DNA of 64,000 nucleotides from Thermomicrobiales bacterium. GTDB taxonomy: Bacteria > Chloroflexota > Chloroflexia > Thermomicrobiales > UBA6265. The DNA lies in NCBI GenBank assembly GCA_035944555.1, contig DASZAY010000028.1, forward strand, positions 2,158 to 66,157, read 5' to 3'. A program made the position numbers and the translations under genes. A model generated the notes under the pieces. The model worked only from the letters and a program-made list of their open reading frames with translations. It searched no databases and was not told the DNA's origin. Each line of letters begins with the position of its first letter. Position 1 is the first letter of the stretch. Below are positions 38,088-48,100 of the stretch, piece after piece.

Positions 38088-40616
38088 ATGCCCGAAGTCG
38101 TCGTCTCGCTGTTCCTGCTTGCCGCGCTGGGTTTGTCTGGCTTCGTTGCGCTGGCCCGCGCCCGGCTGGGCCTGACCCGGCTGGAGCTGGTCGCCTACGG
38201 CTTCCCGGTCGGGATGATCACCTGGTCGCTCGTCGCATTGGGGATCGCCTGCCTCCTTGGACAGCTCAGCCTGGCGCTGATTCTCGGGCTCTGCATGGCG
38301 TCGCTGGCGACGGCGATCGTGCTCTACGTCTCCGGCACTGGGCCGGACGGACCCTGGCCCGGTGGTATCGGACTGCAGGATCGATTCCTGCCCCGGCCTT
38401 CCGGTCGCGTCGGGTTCGTCCATGGGCCGTCGATCGCGCCGACGATGGCGCGGGACGACGAGACGGATCTGGGACTCTGGCAGGGGATCCGCCGGCTGGT
38501 CGGCTGGACCTGGTTCTGGCCGGTCGTGGTCGTCGGTGCCTTCTTCATTCGCTGGGTGTTCCTCTGGGGCGGGATGTTCGACCTCCGGGAGGACGGCCTG
38601 TTCCCCGGCCAGATCAACGTCTGGGGCGACTGGCCGCAGCACGTCGGCGACGCCGCGTCGTTCATCTACGGCAACAACTTCCCGCCCGAGCACCCCCGGA
38701 TGGCCGGCGTCCCCTACGCCTACCATTACCTTTCGTCGCTGACCGGCGCGATGTTCATCCGCTTCGGCATGACGCCGTACGACGCGCTCGCGCTGCACTC
38801 GTTCGTGCTGTCGGCGTTCATCGCGCTCGGGGTTCTTGCCTTCGCGCTCCGGCTGCTGCGGGACGCCCGGACGGCGGCGCTGGCCGTGCTGCTGTTCCTG
38901 CTCGGCGGCGGGTTCGGCTGGGTGCTGATCGCCCAGCTCGGCAACGAGAACGGAGACATTCTCGGGACGATCTGGAACCAGCCCTGGAACATCTATCCTC
39001 AGAAGGACAACGGCTTCTGGTGGGAGAACTTCTACCTGTCCAATATCGAGCCCCAGCGCTCGACGCTCTACGGTATTCCGCTCTCCCTCCTGATCCTGAC
39101 CCTGCTCTACCAGGCCGTCCAGCGCTTCCAGCCGCGCCACTTCGTCGCGGCCGGCGTCGTGATCGGGCTGATGCCGTTCTCCCACCTCGGCGCGCTTCCG
39201 GCGCTCGCCATCGTGATCGCCATGGTCGCGCTGCTGTTCCCTAGCGGGCGGCTCGGCGGGCCGATCGGCCAGTGGTACCCGGCCCGGAAGTGGATCGCCT
39301 TCGGCGTGATCGCCGCCGGGCTGGCCGTGCCGCAGCTGATCCTCCAGCAGGCCGGGCAGCCGGCCGTGACTGGTGGCGTCGCCTTCCACTGGGGCTGGCT
39401 CAAGGGCGAGAACGAGCCGATCTGGTGGTTCTGGCTGAAGAACCTCGGGTGGTTCGCGCCGCTGCTCCTGATCGGCCTCGCGCTGCCGCGGATGTTCGGC
39501 TCACACGCCTACCGCTTCCTGCTCGCCTTCATGCCGATCTTCCTCGTCTGCAACGTCCTGAAACTCCAGATCGACCCGCTGGACAACATCAAGACGCTGC
39601 TCTACTGGCACCTCGCCGTCTGCCTGATCGCCGCCGCCGTGATCGCCCGGGGCTGGCGGCTGGACCGCACCATCGCCGCCCGCGTCCTGATCCTCCTGGT
39701 CGTCTCGTCGATGTTCTTCTCCGGGTTGCTCGTCAACCTGCAGCAGGCGCGCGGGCTGGACACCTACCGCTGGGAATCCGCGACCGATCTGGAGATCGCC
39801 GAGCTGGTCCGGGAACAGACCCTGCCGCGCGGCGTGTTCGCGACGGCGCCACGGCTGGACCACCCGATCTCCACACTGACCGGACGGCCGGTCGTGATGA
39901 GCTTCCAGGGCTGGCTGTTCACCCGGGGCTTCGACACGGCGCCCCGTCGCGAGGCGCTGGAAGACATCTACTCGCTGGAACCCAATACCGAGGCGCTGTT
40001 CGACGAATATGGCATCGACTACGTCGTGATCGGCTGGACGGAGCGCGAGGACTACGAGCCCGACCTCGAGGATTGGCGGGAGCGCTACCCCATCGCGATC
40101 GAGACGGACGACTACCTGATCTTCGCGGTCAGCGACCCGGCCATCCGGCGGATGGAGCAGGAGCGGGAGCGGCAGGCGCTGCTTGCCGGTGACTCACCCA
40201 GCCAGCGCCCCTCAGATGTCCCGACCCGGGGCCCGCGCCAGACCCCGACCGCTGAGGAGTCGTACCGGCCGACGATCATCTACCCGGCTGGCCAGACCCC
40301 CGGCGCTGGCACCCCGGTGGGTGGAACACCCATTACCGGCTCGCCGATGGCTGGCACGCCCATCGCCGGTACTCCTCCGGTGGCAGCGCCGTCGTCCGGC
40401 GTGACGATCATCTACCCGTCCAGCCGGGGGACACCCGCGGCTGCCAGCGCCGGAACACCGGCCAGCGGCACACCGGGGACCGGGACGCCGGCCAGCGGCA
40501 TACCGGGGACCGGGACGCCGGCAGCGACGCCGATCGCCGCGCAGACGCCGACGGCGGTCGCGACCCAGGCACCAACCGTCGAGCCGACTCCGCGCCCGAC
40601 CCGGCCACCGCGGTAG
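38088..40616 (+). CDS. Very large polytopic membrane protein, paralog B, with long Gly/Thr/Pro-rich C-terminal tail
   Basis: About 842 aa. The loop GDWPQHVGDAASFIYGNNFPPEHPRMAGVPYAYHYL and the segment QRSTLYGIPLSLLILTLL align with paralog A. The start is placed at ATG 38088, with GGAG 9 nt upstream. Confidence 0.8.
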   Translation: MPEVVVSLFLLAALGLSGFVALARARLGLTRLELVAYGFPVGMITWSLVALGIACLLGQLSLALILGLCMASLATAIVLYVSGTGPDGPWPGGIGLQDRFLPRPSGRVGFVHGPSIAPTMARDDETDLGLWQGIRRLVGWTWFWPVVVVGAFFIRWVFLWGGMFDLREDGLFPGQINVWGDWPQHVGDAASFIYGNNFPPEHPRMAGVPYAYHYLSSLTGAMFIRFGMTPYDALALHSFVLSAFIALGVLAFALRLLRDARTAALAVLLFLLGGGFGWVLIAQLGNENGDILGTIWNQPWNIYPQKDNGFWWENFYLSNIEPQRSTLYGIPLSLLILTLLYQAVQRFQPRHFVAAGVVIGLMPFSHLGALPALAIVIAMVALLFPSGRLGGPIGQWYPARKWIAFGVIAAGLAVPQLILQQAGQPAVTGGVAFHWGWLKGENEPIWWFWLKNLGWFAPLLLIGLALPRMFGSHAYRFLLAFMPIFLVCNVLKLQIDPLDNIKTLLYWHLAVCLIAAAVIARGWRLDRTIAARVLILLVVSSMFFSGLLVNLQQARGLDTYRWESATDLEIAELVREQTLPRGVFATAPRLDHPISTLTGRPVVMSFQGWLFTRGFDTAPRREALEDIYSLEPNTEALFDEYGIDYVVIGWTEREDYEPDLEDWRERYPIAIETDDYLIFAVSDPAIRRMEQERERQALLAGDSPSQRPSDVPTRGPRQTPTAEESYRPTIIYPAGQTPGAGTPVGGTPITGSPMAGTPIAGTPPVAAPSSGVTIIYPSSRGTPAAASAGTPASGTPGTGTPASGIPGTGTPAATPIAAQTPTAVATQAPTVEPTPRPTRPPR
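40458..40517 (+). repeat. Tandem 30-nt duplication inside the tail of paralog B
   Basis: CCGGCCAGCGGCACACCGGGGACCGGGACG (40458..40487) is repeated at 40488..40517 with one C>T difference. It encodes PASGTPGTGT / PASGIPGTGT. Confidence 0.9.
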
Positions 40617-40715
40617 TCCTTCATCCCTGCTCCGTGAACAGGACGACCCCGGGCCCGCATGCCGCGATGCCTGCCTTGGTCCGGGGTCATCTGTCGTCCG
40701 GCCGAGGTCCTTCCC

Positions 40716-41453
40716 CTATCCCCGCCTGCGTTCCCGGATCCGGTCCAGTCGCAGGCGCCAGACGAGCAGTGCCGCCTCCAGGACGATGCTGCGGGACAGC
40801 TTGCTGGCCCCGGCGACGCGGTCGGTGAAGGTGATCGGGATTTCAACGACCCGGCCACCGTTGCGGATCACCCGCCACGTCGTCTCGATCTGGAACCCGT
40901 AGCCGTCGGCGCGGAGGTGCTCCAGGTTCAGCCCTTCCAGCGCCGCGCGCCGGTAGACCTTGTAGCCGCCAGTTAAATCATGGACGGGCAGCCCGAGGAT
41001 CAGGTGGGCGTAGCGGGAGCCGAATCGGCTGAGCAGGCGGCGGTGGAACGGCCAGCCAACCGTCTTCCCGCCGGGGACGTAGCGTGAGCCGAGAACGAGA
41101 TCGGCGTTCGCCGCCGCCTCGACCATCGCCGGCAGCCGGTCGGCCGGGTGGGAGAGGTCGGCGTCCATCGAGACGACGAGATCAGCTCCATGGGCCAGGG
41201 CGTGGCGGAACCCGACGACGTAGGCCGTCCCCAGCCCCTGCTTGCCCGACCGGTGAATGACGTCGATCTGGCCAGGGTGCGCTGTGGCCATCTCATCGGC
41301 GAGTTCACCAGTGCCATCCGGTGACGCATCATCGACCACGATGACCCGGAAGTGATCCCCGAGTGTGAGGACCCGCACCACCGCTTCATGGAGATTGTCC
41401 CGCTCGTTGTAGGTTGGGATGACGACGGTGACAGGGCCGCGGGTTTGGGTCAT
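40716..41453 (-). CDS. Polyprenol-phosphate mannose synthase (GT2, Dpm1/Ppm1-like)
   Basis: VTVVIPTYNERDNL...VIVVDDASPDGTGELA...HRSGKQGLGTAYVVGF...VVSMDADLSHP is the Dpm1/Ppm1 pattern. The start is trimmed to ATG 41453; the track start is 41480. Confidence 0.85.
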   Translation of the reverse strand: MTQTRGPVTVVIPTYNERDNLHEAVVRVLTLGDHFRVIVVDDASPDGTGELADEMATAHPGQIDVIHRSGKQGLGTAYVVGFRHALAHGADLVVSMDADLSHPADRLPAMVEAAANADLVLGSRYVPGGKTVGWPFHRRLLSRFGSRYAHLILGLPVHDLTGGYKVYRRAALEGLNLEHLRADGYGFQIETTWRVIRNGGRVVEIPITFTDRVAGASKLSRSIVLEAALLVWRLRLDRIRERRRG

Positions 41454-41550
41454 GGAGTCTTCCCACATCCTGCCGGACATCCTTGCGAGCGGCCGTCATC
41501 TTCGCGAGCGCAGATTCTGGCATACGGCGGGCGCCCGCTGCAGATAGAGA

Positions 41551-44500
41551 TCATCGGGTTTCGTTCCAGATCACCAGGATCGGCTCACCGAACCGGTTGA
41601 TCCCTTCGCGGACGACATACCCGAGACCCTCGTTGTAGGCAAACGACTCGAACACGATGGGCAGCGAGTCGATGTCTGGAACGCCAACCTCTTCCGGTTC
41701 GGGGCGGGTATTTCGGCCATCATAAAGCCGGTACGGTCCCCACTCGTGGACCCAGTACCGGCCCCCGTCGTAGACCTCCTGATCGAGCGAGTAGTGAACT
41801 GTAGTCGGGTCGACCTGGTCGATGAACAACAGCACGATATAGCCCTGCGCAACGTCGCCAACGTAAATCTCGGCATAGTCGTCCTCGACCGACCGGGCAT
41901 AGGCAAGTGCGTCAAAGATCCCTGAATGGAAGTGCCATTGAACGGCCCGGTCGCGCGGGTAGTCCGCGTAGTAGCTGGTGTACCGGTCCCGGGCCTGGAC
42001 CACGAGTGGCAGCAAGATGGCGGCGACCATCGCGACGGCAACCATCCGGAACGCGATCGAGCGCGTATCCGGCAGGACGAACCGCCGGAGCCCGTCGAAC
42101 AGCCCGACGATCCCGATCGCGACGAGGATGGCGATCAGGGGGTCGATCTGCGCAACCCGGGAGCTGTTCTGGAATTGGGTGATGGCTGCCGGCACCGGAG
42201 CCAGGACGAACGCGGCCAGCAGCACCAGTGTTGGGCGGCGCAGGCGGAACGGCATATCCGGGTCGAACGCCCGAAGGATGGCGACGACCAACCCGATGAT
42301 GAGCAGCGGCGCCAGCCAGGGAAACTCCAGCCCGTACCCGGGCTGGACGTGCGACTGGTCGCCGTCGCCTTGGACAAAGAGGAAGGTCGGCGAGATATAC
42401 GACCAGTACTGATCAACCAGACCGGACAGGGATGCGGCCTCGGTATTGAGGTAGCTCAGATATCGCGATCGATTGGCCGCGGCCGGGCTCAGGAATGAAA
42501 AGGCATAGGTTGGACCGATCGTCAGGGCCAGCGTCACGATTGCCCATGCCAAGGCCCGGAGTGGGACCAGTCGCCAGACCCGGAAGTAGATGACGACGAT
42601 CACCCCGAGGACCAGCGGGACGTAGAGTTTCATCGTCGGGTAGCCGCTGACCAGCAGGGTGACCGATAGGGCGGCCAGAATGAAGGACAGGGTCGTCCGG
42701 ACCCGGAGTGCCCGTAGCGTTAGCCAGAGCATGAGCAGAAACAGCGGTGCGATCGTCGCCGGCGGGATGGCGTAGCGGCTGAGGTGGACCGCCCACGGCG
42801 AGACTGCCAGCAGCCATGCGGCGATGACCGCCGTGCTGGTCCTGTTGGTCAGCTCCCGGGTAGCGAAGAACGCAAGTGGGATGGCGGCGACACCGAGAAG
42901 GGCCGTCGCGATCCGGATGATGCCGATGTCGAGACCGAAGATCCCGACCCACGGCGCAAGATAATAACTGAGGACCGGCGAGACCCAGTCGCCGAACGTC
43001 TCCAACCCAACCCAGGGGAGCGGGTTGCCGTGATGGTCACGGAGCGTGAGCCAAAGCGACCAGGCGTCATAGCCGGCCGATGCCTCATCCTGGTGCATGC
43101 CCGGTGGGTTGGAATCCACCTGCCACAGCCGGAGGGCAGTTCCGACCATGGTGGCCAGGAGGATGATGAGGGAGATCACCGCCGTCCTGCTATCCGGGAA
43201 AGATTGACCGACCTTCGTTCGGAGCCTGACGGTCCCGAGCCGGATCAGCCGCGGGAGATCGGCAATGGTCGCTGGATGGGAGGAAGGGGCCATCCGTGGA
43301 GTAGGCCAGGCCCCGTATTCCGCAATCGTCGGGATGGCTGACGTAGCGACGGTTGGAGTTACCTGACCCCGGGCACGGGTTCTGGCAAGTCGTCCGGATC
43401 TGAGGAGCCGTGCTGCCGGGGTCAAAGCGTCAGTCGACGCGCGGGCACGCCGACGTTGATGGATGACGATGGTGCGGAGTCCGGTCCCGACATTGAGACC
43501 GGAAGCTGCGTCTGTGGTCGCCTTCTGCCTGGACGAGGCAAACACGGGCCATGACAAGAGACTGGTCGGCACGTGCGCCAGCCGGGCCGACCAGAGGTCC
43601 AATGCTGGTACGTGACGGATCGCGAGGCCTAGGAGGAGCACCGTCAGGAAACCGCTGTAATAGGCGCCGCTCGTCCACTTGGCGAGGAATACCAGAGAGA
43701 AACAGACGGCCAGGCCAGCGAGGATGGCCGACCCAAGATCGCTCCGACGCCGGAGTAACAGCCAGAGACCGAGGAGGATCGTCAGCGGAAACTGGATCTT
43801 TCCGATCCATGAATCCATCCGGATGACGAAGTTTGGCGCCTGCGTATTGATCAGGGTCCAGATGTTGAATCCCCAGACATCTCGCGGGACGCCAGCGAGT
43901 GTCAGGCTGTTCACGACCCCGCCAATGTCATCGATCGCGTATGGCGCCATTGCCACCGTGAACAAGCCAGCTGCGATGCCACCGAACAGCAGCCAGCGAC
44001 CTCCCCGCTGGCGCAGTGCCAGCACGATGAACGGAAAGAAGACCAGGGCGAACACCTTGAAAAGGAGTGCCCATCCCATGAACAGAGCGGCGAGGACCAG
44101 CAGCGGTAGTCGCCATCGGTCCGATGTGCGCCGCGCCTCGCTGTAGATCAGCAAGACAACCGCCGTGGTGACCAGCAGCATCAGGCTGACATCGTTGCTG
44201 CCGCTGGCGGCGGTCATCACGGTCTGTTCGGAGACAGCGTAAAGCGTGACAGCAGCCGCCGAACGGAACCAGCCAACGATTGGAACCAGTGCGGCGAACA
44301 GCAACAGGGTAATTACACCAGATACCAGATCGGCATGAAAAATATCGCCGAACAGCTTGAGATGGATCCAGTAGAACGCGGGCTCACCGATGAAATACGG
44401 GAAGTATGTGCTTGGCGGGATAGCTACGTCGTAGAACTGCGAGTACGGGTTCCCGCCCGACGTCATGACGTCGATTCCTGCCCGGGTGACAAGTAGCGTG

Positions 44501-45033
44501 TCGCTCCCCTGGAAGGGAGTGGCGCTCACCCGGAAATAGGTCCCGGTCGCGAGCCCCACGAGGATCGTCATCGGCGCCGCGATGCGGTACCGGCGGAAGC
44601 AGGCAAGCAGGGTCAGGATGCCAAACGCGGCGATCAACCAGGGTTGCGGCGAGATGGCGTTGTAATTCACCCGGTCGAAGAGCGCCGATAACGAGAGCAC
44701 GACGAGCAGAGCAAGACCGAGACTCGTCCCAACGGGAAGTGTTGCGGACAGGAACCACCCGGGATCAGGAGAAGGCACGGCCCTCTGATGTCGAACGACC
44801 CGCCGGCTTCTCCGAAATGAGGCACTCATCCTGGCCGGGATCAATGCTGATTCAGCAGGTGTCGCTGCGACCGGCGAGGATTCAACCATTTGGGCGTCGC
44901 CTTGGGTCACTGGATCCGGCGGATTCGTGGTTTCCACTTCAGAAGGAATCCGATCGGGGCTGGAGGCTTCTTCAACAGGTGAGTCACCTGGCTCATCGCC
45001 GATCCTGCTCGGGGCACGGTGATGGTCCACCAT
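41551..45033 (-). CDS. 1160-aa fusion membrane protein: N-terminal DUF2029/GT87-like mannosyltransferase module + C-terminal ArnT/PMT_2-like (GT39/GT83-type) module + small C-terminal soluble domain
   Basis: ATG 45033 has AGGAG 8 nt upstream. The N-module contains GSDTLLVTRAGIDVMTSGGNPYSQFYD...PPSTYFPYF. A basic linker spans roughly residues 520-610. The C-module contains LRLWQVDSNPPGMHQDEASAGYDAWSL...FGDWVSPVLSYYLAPW. The ORF is continuous with no internal stop. Confidence 0.75.
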   Translation of the reverse strand: MVDHHRAPSRIGDEPGDSPVEEASSPDRIPSEVETTNPPDPVTQGDAQMVESSPVAATPAESALIPARMSASFRRSRRVVRHQRAVPSPDPGWFLSATLPVGTSLGLALLVVLSLSALFDRVNYNAISPQPWLIAAFGILTLLACFRRYRIAAPMTILVGLATGTYFRVSATPFQGSDTLLVTRAGIDVMTSGGNPYSQFYDVAIPPSTYFPYFIGEPAFYWIHLKLFGDIFHADLVSGVITLLLFAALVPIVGWFRSAAAVTLYAVSEQTVMTAASGSNDVSLMLLVTTAVVLLIYSEARRTSDRWRLPLLVLAALFMGWALLFKVFALVFFPFIVLALRQRGGRWLLFGGIAAGLFTVAMAPYAIDDIGGVVNSLTLAGVPRDVWGFNIWTLINTQAPNFVIRMDSWIGKIQFPLTILLGLWLLLRRRSDLGSAILAGLAVCFSLVFLAKWTSGAYYSGFLTVLLLGLAIRHVPALDLWSARLAHVPTSLLSWPVFASSRQKATTDAASGLNVGTGLRTIVIHQRRRARASTDALTPAARLLRSGRLARTRARGQVTPTVATSAIPTIAEYGAWPTPRMAPSSHPATIADLPRLIRLGTVRLRTKVGQSFPDSRTAVISLIILLATMVGTALRLWQVDSNPPGMHQDEASAGYDAWSLWLTLRDHHGNPLPWVGLETFGDWVSPVLSYYLAPWVGIFGLDIGIIRIATALLGVAAIPLAFFATRELTNRTSTAVIAAWLLAVSPWAVHLSRYAIPPATIAPLFLLMLWLTLRALRVRTTLSFILAALSVTLLVSGYPTMKLYVPLVLGVIVVIYFRVWRLVPLRALAWAIVTLALTIGPTYAFSFLSPAAANRSRYLSYLNTEAASLSGLVDQYWSYISPTFLFVQGDGDQSHVQPGYGLEFPWLAPLLIIGLVVAILRAFDPDMPFRLRRPTLVLLAAFVLAPVPAAITQFQNSSRVAQIDPLIAILVAIGIVGLFDGLRRFVLPDTRSIAFRMVAVAMVAAILLPLVVQARDRYTSYYADYPRDRAVQWHFHSGIFDALAYARSVEDDYAEIYVGDVAQGYIVLLFIDQVDPTTVHYSLDQEVYDGGRYWVHEWGPYRLYDGRNTRPEPEEVGVPDIDSLPIVFESFAYNEGLGYVVREGINRFGEPILVIWNETR

Positions 45034-45131
45034 GACTGGATCTCCTGGGTCGGCGTGCGAACGCGCACCACGTCCGACACCGAAAAGTTCGGTTGCCGGG
45101 CGCGAAATGGATCCGGGTTAGCAGGGAATGA

Positions 45132-48100
45132 TCAGCGCACGGTCCAGCCAGGCAGCCAGGTCCGGAGGTCGAGGCCCTGCTGAGTGAGCTGGGTGGCGGC
45201 GAGGATCGGGAACAGGAAGGCGAAGACCAGCACCGCCAGCACCGCGTACGTGATGGCGCCGTTGCGCAGGCTCAGCACCGACCGCTTCTGCAGCGCACCC
45301 GCCCCGATCGCAATCGCGACCAGCCCGAACAGCGCCACCGGCAGCCCGTAGAGCGCGATCGGCACATAGTCGTCCGGCACGACCTTGTCGTTGGGCAGTG
45401 GGTACTGGACGCCGATGATCAGCAGCGCGTTGATCAGCACGCCGACTCCGACCAGCGCCAGCGGAATCCGGTAGCGCTGCAGGAAGGTGCGGCCGGCCAG
45501 CGGCAGTTCCCGCACCCGCCAGCCGTACTCGACCAGCGTCGCGATCGCGAGGATCCCGAACGGCACCATCGGCAGGAAGTGGTAGGCGTAGGCACCGCGC
45601 GGCGAAGCCGACCAGATCAGCCACTGGCCGAAGAATCCGATCAGCAGCACCAGGGCCGCGATCCAGTGGCGGCGATAGTCGCGCAGCCACAGCCAGATCA
45701 CCGCGATCAGCGCCGGGATCATCGACCAGGCGATGAATGGGTTGACCTGGTTGAACACGTAGCCGCGTGTGTCCCCCCCGACAGGACCGTCCTGCGTCCC
45801 GAACCAGACCGGGAGCATCGCCAGCGGCCACTGCCACCAGAGCGAGTAGTAACTGTGCGTGTGCCCGACCACGCCGACGGTGTGGTAGTAGAGCATCTGC
45901 CGCTGCAGCTCGACGAAGTCGGCGAACGAGAAGCCGAACAGGAACATCGGGACGTAGGAGACGAAGTAGACCGCTAGCGGGAGCAGGATCAGGTTCAGCG
46001 GCACGAAGACGAGGTGGTTCTTCAGATCGCTCCACGCCCGGGGTTCCGGGTCGCGGTCGAGCGGGCTCGCCCGGATCCAGATCCACGCCAGCCGCAGCAG
46101 CGCCACACCGACCATGAACACGATCGGGTACAGGCCGTTCCACTTGGTCGCGAAGGCCGCGCCCATCGCCAGGCCCAGGAGTAGTGTGCTGATCCCGACC
46201 TCGCGCGTACTCGCCCCGACCGGAACCCGCATGTAGCGCAGGAACGCCCAGAGCGCCGCCATGATGAAGACGACGATATGGATGTCGACCATCGACGTCC
46301 GGGACTGGACGAAGTACAGCCCATCGACCAGCAGCAGCCCGGCGGCGACGGCGCCGACCACCCAGCGCCCGGTCAGGGCCATGCCTAGCCGGTAGACGAT
46401 GAACAGCCCGAGCGCGCCGAAGATCCAGCTCGTGAACCGCCAGCCGAAGGGGTTGTCCCCGAACAGCCAGATCCCGATGGCGATGATCTCCTTGCCGAGC
46501 GGCGGGTGCGTCCACTCGTAGGAGAAGTTCTCGTAGGTCCGCTCGCCGTTGTCGCCGGGGTACCAGGTGTAGAGTCCGGCCTCGCCGTCGTCGCCGGCGT
46601 TCTGGAACGGGTCGAAGGTGTTCTCGTTGCCGTCGACGTACTGGGCCGCCGTGAAGGCGTGGTAGACCTCGTCATAGATGTAGTCGTCCGGGATGTCGAT
46701 CCGGATCAGGTAGAACACCGCGCCGATGACCGCGATCGCCAGCGGCAGGTACCAGACCTGCCAGGCGGGCCGGGCGGCCGCTTCAGCGTCCGCGTGGACG
46801 AAATCGCGGACGGAGGCGTCGCCCTCCTCTCCTTCGACGAGCGGATCACGCTTCGGGGCTGGGCGCGCGCCGCGAACCGGGGCACTGGCGGGGACCGAGC
46901 CGTCCGGGTACATCCAGCCCGGTACCCACCGGGGCGCCGAGAAGGTGTTGCCCCGGACCACGAGTGCGTAGCCGATGGCGATGGTCGCCGCGAGCAGGAC
47001 GATGTTCAGTACCGCCATCAGCTCGAGGAAGCTGGACGAGCCGATGATGCTGATCTGGGGCGTCTCGGACGGGAAGTACAGCGAGTAGACCCAGTACAGG
47101 GTCAGCGTGAACGATGCCGTGATCCCGGCGTACAGCCAGATGAACCGGGGCAGCAGCGCGACGAGCAGCACCGTCAGCACCATCGTCGGGAACAGGTAGC
47201 GCTCGTGCCCGCGGGTCGGGAGCATGTACGCCGCAAACGATGCCGCCGTCATGCCCCAGATCAGCGCCTGGTAGCCGAACCGCCGCCATGCCTGGAGGGT
47301 CAGCCAGGCGATCCCGGTGATGGCGAGAACGGCCAGGATCGTTCCGGTCGCCTGGTAGGACAACCCGATCGCGGTCTGCCGGGTGTCGTCCGCCCAGTTC
47401 TCGGAGAACACCCCCCAGATCGTCGGGGCGTTCAGGGTGGTGTTCTGGTAGACGTTCAGGGCGTAGTCGATCCGGTCCCAGATCGTGAAGGCCCCCATGC
47501 CAGGGAACAGGCCGATGTTGAACGGCAGGCAGACGACGAGGAAGACCGCCAGCGACAGGCCGGCGCCGATCCCGAGCCGGGTCAGCGAGCGGTTGAGCGA
47601 CTCGCGCGGACCATCCTCCCGGACCCAGCGGGCCAGCGCCGGGACGTGTGGCGCGATGTAGACGAGCAGGAAGGCCAGGCCGAGGAACGCCCCGAACACC
47701 GCGAGCTGCGGCTTGATCAGGCAGGCGTAGACGATCGCCGGGATGGCGTACTCGGGCCGGCCGCGGATGAACAGGTAGATCGCGCCGACCCCGGCCATCG
47801 CCGACAGGCTGTCCCACTGCGTCCAGACCGAGCCGATGAAGATCGCGGCCGGGTTGAACACGTAGAGCGCGACCGCGACTAGCGCCGCCGTGGCCGTCGA
47901 GAGCCGGCGTCCGATCAGGAAGATCAGCAGCGCGATCACGGCATCGGCGATGGCCGGCACGAGCTTGAGCATGAACAGGAACGGGATCGGGGCAGCCGTG
48001 GTGTCGGTCGTGATCGGCGCAAACCAGCTGTAGACGTGGCCGATCAGCCAGAGGATCCAGAGGTCGCCGGGGAGGTGGTCAGTCAGGCCGCCCGACGTAT

